This document shows, one piece after another, positions 1 through 10,403 of a DNA stretch of 64,000 nt; position 1 is the stretch's first letter, and each line of letters begins with the position of its first letter. The stretch spans positions 1,080 through 65,079 of the forward strand of contig CAISER010000006.1 in assembly GCA_903884375.1 (NCBI GenBank), written 5' to 3'. The DNA comes from Candidatus Collierbacteria bacterium (GTDB lineage: Bacteria; Patescibacteriota; Microgenomatia; UBA1400; MFAQ01). The position numbers were made by a program, and so were the translations under genes. Below the pieces are notes generated by a model, which ran no database searches, was not told the DNA's origin, and was given only the letters and a program-made list of their open reading frames with translations.

Positions 1-206
1 CCCGAGCTTTGATAATGAATCCTAAATTGATTCTGGCTGACGAGCCGACGGGGAATTTGGACACAAAGACCGGTGATGAAATTATGGAACTATTTGGTGA
101 ATTGAATAAAGAAGGAATAACTATTTTAATTGTTACTCACGAACACGATATTGCCGAAAGAGCTAGGAGACAAATCAAGATTAAAGACGGGGAGGTAGTT
201 AAATGA
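1..206 (+). CDS. ABC transporter ATP-binding protein, MacB/LolD-like; C-terminal part only, 5' end lies outside the window
   Basis: Frame continues from the window edge; [12 protein letters not shown] signature/Walker B region and the H-loop (VTHEH); 4-nt overlap with the downstream FtsX permease gene. Confidence 0.8.
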   Translation, partial: RALIMNPKLILADEPTGNLDTKTGDEIMELFGELNKEGITILIVTHEHDIAERARRQIKIKDGEVVK

Positions 207-1417
207 AGTACGTTATTGATTTATTTAAATCAGCCATAACTGACTTTGGGAAAAACAAAGGCAGAACTTTTTTGACATCTCTCGGAATTTTAATTGGGGT
301 CATGTCGGTGGTTTTGTTGATGGCGGCAGGTGCTGGATTAAAACTGTACATTTCGCAACAATTTGAAAGTTTGGGAACAAATTTGTTGTATGTAATGCCT
401 GGAAATATGTTTGGTGAAGGAGGAACCGGAATAAGGGCAGGTGCAGGTGGTTCAATTGCACCAATTTTTGAAGAAAAAGATATCGTTGACTTGAAAAGAA
501 TTAAAGAAGCTGAGTATGTAATCCCTTACTACCAAAAATCGATTAAGGTTTCGTTTGAGGCAATCGCGGAGTATTCCACACTAAATGCAACATCCGAAGA
601 TGTATTCCCTAGTAGGAATTTTGTGGCGGAATATGGAACAGTATTTTCTTCGGCAGATAATTCGGCGAGAAATAAGGTGGCTGTTTTGGGTTCAAAAATT
701 GCTGAAAAATTATTTTCCGATCCAAGTTTGGCATTAAGCAAAAAAATTAGAATTGATGGTCAATCGTTTAGAGTAATCGGAGTATTACAATCCAAAGGTG
801 GTGGTGGTTTTGGAGGGCCGGATTTTGATAACTATATTTATATTCCGTATAAAACTGGATACATATTTAACACCGACAAGAAGTTTATCGAGATTATGGT
901 CAAGGCGAAAACTTCCGAAGCACTTCCACTTCTCAAAGAGGATATTAAAAATGTCTTACTTAAAAGGTTAGAAACCGATGATTTTTCGGTAGTGGAGTCA
1001 ACAGAAATATTAAATACAATTGGTTCAATTTTCAGTATCTTGAATGTGGTATTGGTTGCCATTGCCGCTATTTCCCTAGTTGTTGGAGGAATCGGAATTC
1101 TCAATATCATGTATGTAACTGTAAGTGAACGAATTAAGGAAATTGGAGTACGTCGGGCATTGGGAGCAAGAAGAAACGATATATTATGGCAATTTCTGGC
1201 CGAGGCCGTTGTGCTTTCCGTTTTTGGAGGAGTAATGGGGTTGGGAATTTCAGCTATTGTTGTTTTTTTAATGCAAAGCTTTTTCCCGGCATATATTTCT
1301 ATTTCGTCGATACTTCTGGCTTTAGGAACTTCTTCTTTGATTGGTATTGTATTTGGAGTTTTCCCAGCAAAGAAAGCGGCTGATTTATCCCCTATTGACG
1401 CTATCCGTTACGAATAA
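203..1417 (+). CDS. ABC transporter permease, FtsX/MacB family
   Basis: 404 aa; N-terminal TM helix, large Gly-rich periplasmic domain and C-terminal FtsX-type 3-TM bundle; ATGA overlap with the upstream ATPase. Confidence 0.8.
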   Translation: MKYVIDLFKSAITDFGKNKGRTFLTSLGILIGVMSVVLLMAAGAGLKLYISQQFESLGTNLLYVMPGNMFGEGGTGIRAGAGGSIAPIFEEKDIVDLKRIKEAEYVIPYYQKSIKVSFEAIAEYSTLNATSEDVFPSRNFVAEYGTVFSSADNSARNKVAVLGSKIAEKLFSDPSLALSKKIRIDGQSFRVIGVLQSKGGGGFGGPDFDNYIYIPYKTGYIFNTDKKFIEIMVKAKTSEALPLLKEDIKNVLLKRLETDDFSVVESTEILNTIGSIFSILNVVLVAIAAISLVVGGIGILNIMYVTVSERIKEIGVRRALGARRNDILWQFLAEAVVLSVFGGVMGLGISAIVVFLMQSFFPAYISISSILLALGTSSLIGIVFGVFPAKKAADLSPIDAIRYE

Positions 1418-1419
1418 TC

Positions 1420-2259
1420 TTATTGTTCTGCTAATTTCTTGACCTTGTCAATATTTATTTGATCAGGACCTTCATGTTTTTCTCCGGGAACTTCGAGTAT
1501 TAAAGGTTGGGAATTAAATGAAGAATGGTTGATGAGATTTTTTAAACCATTTAAACCAATTTCTCCTTCTCCAATGTTGGAGTGCATGTCGCGGTGAGAA
1601 TCCAAAACTGTTGCCGAGTCGTTTAAGTGAATACAAACTAATTTATCCAGTAGTCCTAACTTTATCAATTGTTTGGAAAACTCTTCGATAACTGCTGGTT
1701 TTCGAATGTCTACTCCGGATTCAAATAAATGTGCGGAGTCCAGACACATTTTAAGACGATTACTATTAATTGTTTCCATCAAATAACTTAATTCCTCCGG
1801 AGAGCCAATTTTGCCGTTTTGACCGGCATCGTTTTCGAGAATTAAATCGCAATTATTTGTGTTGGATAAAATATTTTTAATGACAGTAATTATCTGCTCT
1901 TTGACCGAATCGAAACCGATACCAAGATGAGATCCAATATGAACTATGACTCCGGCAGATTTGATACTGGCACCATTTTGCATATCGATAATAAGAGAGT
2001 TGATTGATTTTTCAAGAATATCCTTATTGGTTGAGGCAAGGTTAACAAGATAGAGGGCGTGAATAAAAGTTGGAAAAATATTTTGTTTTTCTGTTTCTCT
2101 TAGAAAATCATTTACTTGATCTTCAGGAAAAGGTTTCCGAAACCAAAGTCGGGGCGAACCGGCAAATATCTGCATACAGTTGCCACCAATTTCTTCGGTT
2201 TTTTTTACTGCATTTAGTAAACTACCGGCCATAGAAACATGACCGCCTATTCGCCTCAT
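1420..2259 (-). CDS. nfo: Deoxyribonuclease IV (endonuclease IV, AP endonuclease family 2)
   Basis: 279 aa TIM-barrel; metal-binding motifs HLNDS..DSHRDMH..IGEGEIG typical of Nfo. Confidence 0.8.
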   Translation of the reverse strand: MRRIGGHVSMAGSLLNAVKKTEEIGGNCMQIFAGSPRLWFRKPFPEDQVNDFLRETEKQNIFPTFIHALYLVNLASTNKDILEKSINSLIIDMQNGASIKSAGVIVHIGSHLGIGFDSVKEQIITVIKNILSNTNNCDLILENDAGQNGKIGSPEELSYLMETINSNRLKMCLDSAHLFESGVDIRKPAVIEEFSKQLIKLGLLDKLVCIHLNDSATVLDSHRDMHSNIGEGEIGLNGLKNLINHSSFNSQPLILEVPGEKHEGPDQINIDKVKKLAEQ

Positions 2260-2921
2260 TTTTCTTCGATGGTGATTGATTTAATTACCACTTTCTCAAG
2301 TGGAGCATCAGCACTATTTGTTTCGACTGTAGCGATGGAGTCAAGGACTGCTAGACTGGCTGAGTCCGAAGCATTAATGCGACCAAAGATGGTGTAGTTA
2401 GGTGGAAGAGGATAATCTTTGTGCATGATAAAAAACTGAGAACCGTTGGTGTTTGGGCCGGAATTGGCCATAGCGATCGTTCCCTTTGAATATTCTTCAG
2501 TAACCGACTCGTCGGCAAATTTATATCCCGGACCACCAGTACCGGTACCGTTTGGATCACCACCTTGAATCATGAATCCGGAAATAATACGGTGGAAAGT
2601 TAGACCGTCATAAAATGGTTTCTCGGAAACTAATTTACCTGTAAACGGATTGATTTTTGTACCCTTGGCAAGTTCAACAAAATTTCTTACTGTATTAGGA
2701 GCAATTTTAGGGAACAGCTCAACTTTCATAACACCTTTGTTGGTGGTGATGGTTGCGATAATGTTTTCGGCGAGAGGAGTTTGGCTTGGGGTTTTGATTT
2801 CCATATTGGTTGGAGAGATTTTTATATCTGTTATTTGATAATTGGGAACGGTTGGCGTTTTTTGAAAAGCACAGCCGGATAAGAAAACGGCTGAACATAA
2901 AATAAATAGTATTTTATTCAT
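2256..2921 (-). CDS. Peptidyl-prolyl cis-trans isomerase, cyclophilin type; probable lipoprotein
   Basis: Signal peptide ending LSGC (lipobox); cyclophilin core FHRIISGFMIQGGDP...GTGGPGYKF. Confidence 0.85.
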   Translation of the reverse strand: MNKILFILCSAVFLSGCAFQKTPTVPNYQITDIKISPTNMEIKTPSQTPLAENIIATITTNKGVMKVELFPKIAPNTVRNFVELAKGTKINPFTGKLVSEKPFYDGLTFHRIISGFMIQGGDPNGTGTGGPGYKFADESVTEEYSKGTIAMANSGPNTNGSQFFIMHKDYPLPPNYTIFGRINASDSASLAVLDSIATVETNSADAPLEKVVIKSITIEEK

Positions 2922-2958
2922 CGTTTTATTATATATGGTGTCATGATAACATGGTTGT

Positions 2959-3261
2959 ATGCAGATGCCTGTTGTGGTCGGAATCGTAGTAGCGATTATA
3001 TTTTTAGTTGCTTTTTCGGAATGGTTTTACCATTTGGTGTCAGGATGGGGTGGATATGTGTTGGACGATGTATATTTTCGGTATCGAATCGTGGGGGTTT
3101 CTTTGTTGTCGATAATGGTAATGAGTGGAACTTTTTATAGCATGGCTCTAATAAACGAATGTCCTAATGAAGTTCGTGAAGGATTGTTCGCCAAATTAAA
3201 TTGCGAGGAGTATTCGAAAATTACGGTAGGAGCTGAAAAGTTATTTTTTCCTGGTAAATAA
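2959..3261 (+). CDS. Hypothetical small membrane protein
   Basis: 100-aa ORF with two hydrophobic segments in an otherwise gene-free 320-bp gap; no recognisable family. Confidence 0.25.
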   Translation: MQMPVVVGIVVAIIFLVAFSEWFYHLVSGWGGYVLDDVYFRYRIVGVSLLSIMVMSGTFYSMALINECPNEVREGLFAKLNCEEYSKITVGAEKLFFPGK

Positions 3262-3567
3262 TTTTTCCAGATAGACAACAAATCGGTAGATTATTTTTTC
3301 AAGGAGAGAACGTTTTGATGTGTTTCTAGAATTATTTCCATTTAACGGATTCCACCAGGCAGAAGTAATTATCCAGTCACTTCCTTGTCTTTTTACTGCC
3401 GCGACAATTTTATATCCATTGATGGTCTTGATATATTTTTGTGAGTCGGTAGTGGAACTTTTTTGGATTTTATCGGGGAAACGAACTGCACTATCAACCC
3501 ATGTAGGATTTAGCCCTCTTTGTTTTATTCTTTCGTAGAGATGATTTGTCCAGATTACCCTACCCAT
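3241..3567 (-). CDS. DUF4258-family protein (RelE-fold, toxin-like)
   Basis: 108 aa; N-terminal WTNHLYERIKQRGL followed by a beta-rich YKIVAAVKRQGSDWIITSAWW segment, as in DUF4258 proteins; start overlaps the stop of the upstream SDR gene by 1 nt. Confidence 0.45.
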   Translation of the reverse strand: MGRVIWTNHLYERIKQRGLNPTWVDSAVRFPDKIQKSSTTDSQKYIKTINGYKIVAAVKRQGSDWIITSAWWNPLNGNNSRNTSKRSLLEKIIYRFVVYLEKLFTRKK

Positions 3568-4769
3568 TATTTGATAAGTTTAACCAAGTCCGGATCTTCG
3601 GCTAAAGGACTTGATTGGGTGATTGGTTGTGTTTGGAATTTTAGCGAGTCGTTTGGGTTTCTTGTTTCAGGAACATTGCCGTCGGGTAGAGAGCTTTGGA
3701 AAATGGAAGTGGTTGGAGGAGCCATTGGAGGAACTGGCGACGGAATGTCTTCTATGACAATCGGATTAACAGGGGTTGGGGTAGTTTGATCTGGTGAAAT
3801 TTCCGACAAGTGTGGAAGTGATCCGGGAGCTTCAACAGAAGGAGTAATGTCGACTGATTTTGGTTCAATTGAGGTTGGGTTTAGAGGGCCTGAAGGGGAA
3901 AGCGTCCCTGGAAAAGTGTCCGTAGATCCAGGAGTAATGTCGATTAAACCTGGCGTAGACACTGGTGGTTTTGAAGATGATGCTTGTGGCATTGTTTGGG
4001 GAGTTCCACCATCAGGAGTAATCATATCAGGGTCAATATTAAGATCAATTGCAGGAGTGTTTGTATCGTCCATATTTTTTATTTGATTTAATTTGTTTCT
4101 AATACTTATTTCCGGAAGATGGATATCAGGACTTAAGTTTATAACATATTCCACTAGAGTAGCTACTTCTTTGGGATCTAATGCATCAGAAAGATCTCTT
4201 TCAACTCCGTTTTTTTTGAATAACGCTGTTTTGATTAAGCCCGGATAGATACCTGTAATTTTGATATTATCTTCCTCCAAATCTTCCAATAAGCACTTGG
4301 TAAATCCGGTAATCGCCCATTTGGAAGCGTGATAGACCGAGCGATTTTTCTTAGCACAAAGGCCGTCCTGGGAAATGATATTAATTATTTGACCGGTTTT
4401 TCTGAACCTCATTCCGGGAAGAACAGCTCTAGTTAAAAAAATGGTGCCGGTAGTATTAACGTCAATTATTTCCTTGATTTTACGAGGATCATTGTCCGCC
4501 AAATCACCTTCCATCCAAATACCTGCATTGTTTATCAGCACATCAAGGGCGTGATGTTTTTCGATAATTTGATTAACTGCAGATTGGAGTGATTGATAAT
4601 CGGTGAGCTCACCTTCAACAAAGTCACAGTTTAATTCTCTGGCTACTTCCCGAAGTTTATCGACATTGTGAGAAAGTATAACAACACGATTATCAGGTGC
4701 AAGTTTTTCGGCAATGGCTTTGCCAAGACCATCACTTCCACCAGAAATCAAGATAACCTTTTTGGGCAT
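3567..4769 (-). CDS. Short-chain dehydrogenase/reductase fused to a roughly 170-aa Pro/Ser/Thr-rich low-complexity C-terminal tail
   Basis: N-terminal Rossmann GGSDGLGKAIA, NNAG, catalytic YxxxK (YHASK); C-terminal half built from degenerate DITP/TPxxP repeats. Confidence 0.7.
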   Translation of the reverse strand: MPKKVILISGGSDGLGKAIAEKLAPDNRVVILSHNVDKLREVARELNCDFVEGELTDYQSLQSAVNQIIEKHHALDVLINNAGIWMEGDLADNDPRKIKEIIDVNTTGTIFLTRAVLPGMRFRKTGQIINIISQDGLCAKKNRSVYHASKWAITGFTKCLLEDLEEDNIKITGIYPGLIKTALFKKNGVERDLSDALDPKEVATLVEYVINLSPDIHLPEISIRNKLNQIKNMDDTNTPAIDLNIDPDMITPDGGTPQTMPQASSSKPPVSTPGLIDITPGSTDTFPGTLSPSGPLNPTSIEPKSVDITPSVEAPGSLPHLSEISPDQTTPTPVNPIVIEDIPSPVPPMAPPTTSIFQSSLPDGNVPETRNPNDSLKFQTQPITQSSPLAEDPDLVKLIK

Positions 4770-4778
4770 TAATTCATT

Positions 4779-7412
4779 TTACCCTAGTTTGGGGTAATGA
4801 CAGTTTTTGAATTTTTTTCCACTCCCACACCAGCAAGGATCGTTGCGTCCGATTTTATTTTCTTTTTTACTTTGGGAAATTTGTTTTTCACTGGTTGAAG
4901 ATTTTTCAACTCCCTTAATCGGTTTGGCCATTTCTGTAGGGACTTGAACTTGAACTCTAAATATACGATGCGCCGCCACAGAATCAATTCTTGATAGTAA
5001 ACTTTCGAACATAGAAAACGACTCTTGTTTGTACTCAACCAATGGGTCTTTTTGAGCATATCCTCGAAGTCCAATACCATCTCTTAAATTATCTATAGCA
5101 TCGAGATGATTCATCCATAGCTCATCATAAGATTCAAGGAGAACATATCTTTCGACTTGACCAAGCATTTCTTCGCCCAAACGTTCTTTTTGGGATTTTC
5201 GCGCTTGGGAAATTATTTTGCTTAAAATCTCTTTGACTTCTTCAGCATCTTTGCCAACCAAGCTACTCTCAACAATATCAGCTGAACGAGGATCAAGAGG
5301 AAGAATTAACTGAAACTCTTTTATTATTTGATCGGCTTCAGTTTTGTTGATACCCGAGGCAGCATAAATATTACTAAGATAATCGATTTCTTTTTCTAGA
5401 GCTTGATCTATCTGTTTTTCGGAAACATTTTGGTCTTCGGAGAGAAGATTGTGACGACGTTTGTAAAAAATTTGCCGTTGTTTGTTCATAACATCATCGT
5501 ATTCAACAAGGTGTTTTCTTTGGTCAAAATAAAATGACTCAACTTTTGTTTGGGCTGTCTCTATGGCTCTGGTCACCATACCGGCTTCTAATGGTTGATC
5601 TTCCGGAACTTTAAGAAAGTCCATTAATCGGCTAACTTGTTCGCCACCAAAAATACGCATAATATCATCTTCAAGGGAGATATAGAAGCGACTGGAACCG
5701 GGATCTCCCTGACGACCGGAACGGCCTCTTAATTGATTATCAATACGACGAGATTCGTGCCTTACCGCACCAATGATATGAAGACCGCCGATTTCTTTGA
5801 CCTTTTCTGCTTCTTTTTGCCATTCTTTTTCATTTCGGCCACGGTTATCTCCGCCAAGAACTATATCAACTCCTCGACCGGCAATATTGGTGGCAACTGT
5901 AACCGCACCCAAACGTCCAGCTTCGGAAATTATTTGAGCTTCATTTTCATGATTTTTAGCGTTTAAAACTTGATGGGGAATACGTTTTTTCTTGAGATAT
6001 TGGGTAATAACGTCGTTTTGTTCGATGGATTTTGTGCCAATAAGAATTGGTTGTCCTTTTTCATGAAGTTGCTGAACCTCAGTAACCAAAGCTCCTAGTT
6101 TGGCTCGTTGCGTTTTATAGACTGTATCGGAGTAGTCTTGTCTGACACAAGGTTTGTTGGTAGGAATAATTAAAACGTCAAGGTTATAGATTTTTTTGAA
6201 CTCTTCGGCTTCGGTGGCTGCCGTACCGGTCATACCGGCAAGTTTTTCGTAAAGTCTAAAGTAGTTTTGAAGTGAAATGGTAGCTAAAGTACGACTTTCC
6301 TGCTGAACATTAACTCCCTCTTTGGCTTCAATAGCTTGATGAAGACCATCAGAGTAACGACGACCGTACATGAGACGACCAGTGTGGTCATCAACAATAA
6401 TTATCTCATCATCTTTGATGACATAATCTCGATCGCGGACAAAAAGAGTGTGAGCTTTGAGGGCCTGTTCTAGATGATGAAGACTTTGATAGTCTTGTTG
6501 ATATAAATTTTCAACATTGAGAATTTTTTCGAGTTTTCGTAAACCATGATCGGTAAGATTGGCGGTCCGTTGTTTTTCATCTACCTCATAATCGGTGTCT
6601 CCAGATAGAGTTTTAATTAAACTGGCAAAACGAAAATACTGATCAGTGGCTTCCGAGTCTGGAGCGGAAATAATTAATGGTGTACGAGCTTCATCAATTA
6701 AAATAGAGTCAACTTCATCGACTATGGCAAAATGATGTGGTCTTTGAACAATTTGGTCTTGGGATCTGGCCATATTGTCTCTTAAATAGTCGAAACCAAA
6801 CTCGTTATTGGTGCCATAAGTGACATCGCATTGGTAAGCCTCTCCTCGGGTAATCGGACGAAGATGTTGTAAACGTGTGTCGGCATGAGTACTATCGGAA
6901 AATTCCGGATCATATATGGATGCCGGGAGATCTCCTTGACCGGAATAAATACAACCAACAGATAGTCCTAAAAAATGATAGATTGGCCCCATCCAGCCAG
7001 TGTCACGACGAGCAAGATAATCATTTACAGTAACCAAGTGAGCGCCTTTGCCGGTGAGTGCATTAAGAATCATGGCCGGAACAGCAGAAAGAGTTTTTCC
7101 TTCTCCAGTTTTTTGTTCGGCAATTTTTCCTTGATGAAAGGCTGAGGCCGCCATCAGTTGAACATCGTAAGGACGAAGTCCTAAAGTACGAAGGGCGGCT
7201 TCACGAGTAAGAGCAAATACTTTTGGCAAAACATCATCAAGTGTTTTGTTGTGTTGAAGTTCTTCTTTTATTTGAGCTATTTCTCCAGGGAATTCATCAT
7301 CTTTCATTTTTTTGATATCTGACTCAAGCTGGTTGATTAGCTCAACAATTTTTTTGAGCTTTTCGACTTCAACACGATTTGGATTAAGAATAGGATCTAA
7401 AAATGAGAACAT
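4779..7412 (-). CDS. secA: Preprotein translocase ATPase SecA
   Basis: 877 aa; DEAD-like motor, preprotein cross-linking and wing domains; C-terminal zinc-binding tail CWCGSGKKFKNCH. Confidence 0.95.
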   Translation of the reverse strand: MFSFLDPILNPNRVEVEKLKKIVELINQLESDIKKMKDDEFPGEIAQIKEELQHNKTLDDVLPKVFALTREAALRTLGLRPYDVQLMAASAFHQGKIAEQKTGEGKTLSAVPAMILNALTGKGAHLVTVNDYLARRDTGWMGPIYHFLGLSVGCIYSGQGDLPASIYDPEFSDSTHADTRLQHLRPITRGEAYQCDVTYGTNNEFGFDYLRDNMARSQDQIVQRPHHFAIVDEVDSILIDEARTPLIISAPDSEATDQYFRFASLIKTLSGDTDYEVDEKQRTANLTDHGLRKLEKILNVENLYQQDYQSLHHLEQALKAHTLFVRDRDYVIKDDEIIIVDDHTGRLMYGRRYSDGLHQAIEAKEGVNVQQESRTLATISLQNYFRLYEKLAGMTGTAATEAEEFKKIYNLDVLIIPTNKPCVRQDYSDTVYKTQRAKLGALVTEVQQLHEKGQPILIGTKSIEQNDVITQYLKKKRIPHQVLNAKNHENEAQIISEAGRLGAVTVATNIAGRGVDIVLGGDNRGRNEKEWQKEAEKVKEIGGLHIIGAVRHESRRIDNQLRGRSGRQGDPGSSRFYISLEDDIMRIFGGEQVSRLMDFLKVPEDQPLEAGMVTRAIETAQTKVESFYFDQRKHLVEYDDVMNKQRQIFYKRRHNLLSEDQNVSEKQIDQALEKEIDYLSNIYAASGINKTEADQIIKEFQLILPLDPRSADIVESSLVGKDAEEVKEILSKIISQARKSQKERLGEEMLGQVERYVLLESYDELWMNHLDAIDNLRDGIGLRGYAQKDPLVEYKQESFSMFESLLSRIDSVAAHRIFRVQVQVPTEMAKPIKGVEKSSTSEKQISQSKKENKIGRNDPCWCGSGKKFKNCHYPKLG

Positions 7413-7430
7413 GTCAGCTAATTATACTGG

Positions 7431-8060
7431 TTAGACGAGAGAAATGATGACATTTGAGTAAGTGTTAGCCTTGATAAAAAAGAAATATGGAGATAGGTGA
7501 CGAAATACTTTGGCAGTTTCTTGTTTATTATTTTGCCACCAAAGACGATTAATCAAAACATAACGCGAGTGATTTTTTAATTTTTGAAAAAAATCAACGG
7601 AACTGAGCTTTTGGGGAATTGTTTTGCCTACAAAACAATCGACCATGACGATATCGAATTTATCTTTGATGTTTAGATGGTTGACGTAATTTAAAGCATC
7701 GGCAATGATGATATTTATATTTTTGACTTTTTTTAAACGAAAAAATTTATTAGCCAACTCGACCATAATTGGATCAATCTCGACGGCAGTGATGTGTGCT
7801 TTGGGAAAATATCGATTAATAAGCTGGGCGTTACATCCTCCGGCAAGACCAAGAAGAAGTACCTTTTGGGGGTAAAAATATTTAGGGATAAAAGAATTGA
7901 TTGCTTTTTTCCAAATATGAGTCATGACACTACCAGACTCAACCAAACCATCGACCATCAAGGTTACCGAATTTAAATATTTATAGACAATAATATTCTT
8001 GTTGTATTTTGAATCCGGAAAATGATATTTGTAAGGAAAAAAGAAGTTGAAAATACTCAT
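7431..8060 (-). CDS. Spermidine-synthase-like class I SAM-dependent methyltransferase-fold protein (short form)
   Basis: 209 aa; VLLLGLAGGCNAQL...ITAVEIDPIMVELANKFF matches the aminopropyltransferase/MTase GxGxG and VEID signature; N-terminal oligomerisation domain absent. Confidence 0.5.
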   Translation of the reverse strand: MSIFNFFFPYKYHFPDSKYNKNIIVYKYLNSVTLMVDGLVESGSVMTHIWKKAINSFIPKYFYPQKVLLLGLAGGCNAQLINRYFPKAHITAVEIDPIMVELANKFFRLKKVKNINIIIADALNYVNHLNIKDKFDIVMVDCFVGKTIPQKLSSVDFFQKLKNHSRYVLINRLWWQNNKQETAKVFRHLSPYFFFIKANTYSNVIISLV

Positions 8061-8061
8061 G

Positions 8062-9120
8062 CTAATTTATGTTCTGATTTTCTATTGCCTTGAGTTCAGC
8101 TTGAATTTTTCTGGCTAGGTCTCCCCACTCTTTATAATGAAGATTAAGTTTGTTTTTATTGATTCTTAATGGCGGTAATCCTTCTGCTAAAAAACCGGCA
8201 TCTAGGAGATCGGCAGCAGCTAAATCTCGTTCAAGATAAGAATCGGCACCCGAAACCATGGCGACCATTGAATAGCCATTTCTTTGAGCAACCACTATCG
8301 TTGAGTAACCAGCTTCTTCGGTGTAAGCAATTTTTAAACCTGAAACTCCAGGGTAAACTCCCAATAATCCGTTCCAATTAGGAAGATAGTAGGAACCATG
8401 ATCTTCCGTTTTTTGAATATCTTGATTATCAGACTTTGCGGCTTCAAGAATTTCCGGGTAATTTTTTTGTACATTATTAACCAGCTTTGCCAAGTCTTTT
8501 AAAGTTGAGTACTGGTTTTGATCATCCAGTCCATCAGAGTTTACAAAATGGGAGTTTTTTAAACCAAGCAGAGTCGCTTTGGCATTCATATAATAGATAA
8601 ACTCTGCTTTGCTAATACCAACTGCTTTGGCGGCTCCAACTGAAAGTGTCTCGGCTGCATCGTTGGCACTGGTGGCAATTGCGGCACGAAGTAAGTCGAC
8701 AACAGATAGTTTTTCACCGACTTTAAGACCCAAAACAGTTGGGACTTTATCGACCGATTCTTTGGTGGCTGTAATTAAATATTCTTTGGGAACAAGATCA
8801 AGAGCAATTTGAGCTGAGAGAAGTTTGGTAAATGAGGCGGGAGACAAACGGATATCCGCACCTTTGGCATAATAAACTTTATTTGTTTGACTGTTATAAA
8901 CCAAATAACGGGGAATATTTTCCAAACTGGAAATGGTTTTTGCCTTGCTAATGTCCAAATTAAAAGGTGAAATTATTCTTTGAGAGATTTTTTCTGTTTG
9001 ATCCGGACCTTGGAAAAAAGGAGAGATAAGATTTGAAGGAAAAACTCGAGGCAAAATAAAAAAAAGAACGGCAATAATTATTGCCAATATCAAAAAAATG
9101 AGATGAGATTTTTTAAACAC
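8062..9120 (-). CDS. D-alanyl-D-alanine carboxypeptidase, peptidase S11 (PBP5-like)
   Basis: N-terminal TM anchor; SxxK (SPASFTK) and SxN (SAND) active-site motifs. Confidence 0.8.
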   Translation of the reverse strand: MFKKSHLIFLILAIIIAVLFFILPRVFPSNLISPFFQGPDQTEKISQRIISPFNLDISKAKTISSLENIPRYLVYNSQTNKVYYAKGADIRLSPASFTKLLSAQIALDLVPKEYLITATKESVDKVPTVLGLKVGEKLSVVDLLRAAIATSANDAAETLSVGAAKAVGISKAEFIYYMNAKATLLGLKNSHFVNSDGLDDQNQYSTLKDLAKLVNNVQKNYPEILEAAKSDNQDIQKTEDHGSYYLPNWNGLLGVYPGVSGLKIAYTEEAGYSTIVVAQRNGYSMVAMVSGADSYLERDLAAADLLDAGFLAEGLPPLRINKNKLNLHYKEWGDLARKIQAELKAIENQNIN

Positions 9121-10387
9121 GTCTTATTTCAGCTTTTCCCATAAGAGGCACCAATACATCTGGAATTTTGACTGAACCATCGGCTTGTTGATAGTTTTCT
9201 AAGATAGCAACCAACCAACGAGGAGAGTTGCTGGCAGTGTTGTTTAGCATGTGGACAAATTTAATTTCATTTCCGGCATCTTTATAGCGGATATTGGCTC
9301 TTCGCGATTGGAAGTCGAGCATTATTGAGTCTGAGGCAAGTTCACCATAGTCATTTCTGCCGGGCATCCAAGCCTCGAGATCGTATTTTTTGGCTTGAGG
9401 TTCCCCCATGTCACCAGTACACATCTTTAAGACTCTATAAGGAAGTTTGAGGTCTTGGGCAATTTCTTCGGTGAGAGCCATCATTTCTTCGTGCATTTTT
9501 TTGGACTCCTCAACATCATTTTTGCAAATAACAACTTGTTCGGTTTTAACAAATTCATGGACTCTATAGATACCTTTGGTATCTTTGCCATAGGAACCGG
9601 CTTCTTTTCTGTAGCATGGAGAAAAACCAATCATACGAATGGGAAGATCTTTTTCGTTAAATATTTCGTCTTGGTACATGGAAACTAAAGGTACTTCAGC
9701 TGTTCCTGCAAGGTATGACTCTTCCTCACCTTCTTCAGAAGTAAACCTGTATGTTTCTTTTTCACCCCAGGGAAAATGACCAGTATTTACAAATGCACGT
9801 TTTTTCAAAATAACCGGTGGAGTGACGGGAGTGTAACCTTTGGAAATAAATTTCTGAAGAGTGTACTGCATGAGAGCAAATTGCAGCATAACGGCTTCGT
9901 TTTTTAAATAGTAGCCGCGGAATCCGGCTACTTTTGAACCACGTTCAATGTCAATCAGGTCGAGGGCTTCCCCTAATTCAAGATGGGTTTTGGGAGTAAA
10001 ATCAAATTTTTTTATTTCACTCCAAGTTCTGATGGTGACATTTCCCTCGCTATCTCTCCCAACAGGAACCTCATTAAGAGGAATTCCGGGGACTTGAAGC
10101 ATCAAAGAATAATATTCTTCTTCTACTGAGCGAAGTTGCGGTTCCAAAGTTTGAAGTTTTTCTTTTAATTCTCCGGATTGGGAAATAAGTTCTGGGGTTC
10201 TTTCTGATTTTAATTGCTCGTTTAATATATTTCTTTCTGCCCTAATTGTTTCAATCTTACCAATAAGCTCTCGACGTTTGGTATCGGAAGCTAGAACTAG
10301 GTCGACGATATCGGGATTAATATTTTTATTTTTTATTCCCTGTTTAACTTTCTCAGAGTTTTCGCGAATGTAAGCTATATCAAGCAT
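9113..10387 (-). CDS. serS: Seryl-tRNA synthetase
   Basis: 424 aa; N-terminal coiled-coil arm plus class II core motifs (FRSEEGEE...YR.HEF, GSG..TKG). Confidence 0.95.
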   Translation of the reverse strand: MLDIAYIRENSEKVKQGIKNKNINPDIVDLVLASDTKRRELIGKIETIRAERNILNEQLKSERTPELISQSGELKEKLQTLEPQLRSVEEEYYSLMLQVPGIPLNEVPVGRDSEGNVTIRTWSEIKKFDFTPKTHLELGEALDLIDIERGSKVAGFRGYYLKNEAVMLQFALMQYTLQKFISKGYTPVTPPVILKKRAFVNTGHFPWGEKETYRFTSEEGEEESYLAGTAEVPLVSMYQDEIFNEKDLPIRMIGFSPCYRKEAGSYGKDTKGIYRVHEFVKTEQVVICKNDVEESKKMHEEMMALTEEIAQDLKLPYRVLKMCTGDMGEPQAKKYDLEAWMPGRNDYGELASDSIMLDFQSRRANIRYKDAGNEIKFVHMLNNTASNSPRWLVAILENYQQADGSVKIPDVLVPLMGKAEIRRV

Positions 10388-10403
10388 GATTTGATTATAT
10401 CCT

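Noticed and set aside
529-1383. Minus- and plus-strand small ORFs inside the first permease gene
   Set aside because: They are embedded in a gene with a clear FtsX topology and have no independent signals.
3570-4100. Repetitive DNA (GGAGTAATGTCGA and similar words) as a possible CRISPR or tandem repeat array
   Set aside because: The repeats are in-frame codon-level repeats encoding the PT-rich tail of the SDR protein. There are no regular spacers or a leader, so this is not a CRISPR array.
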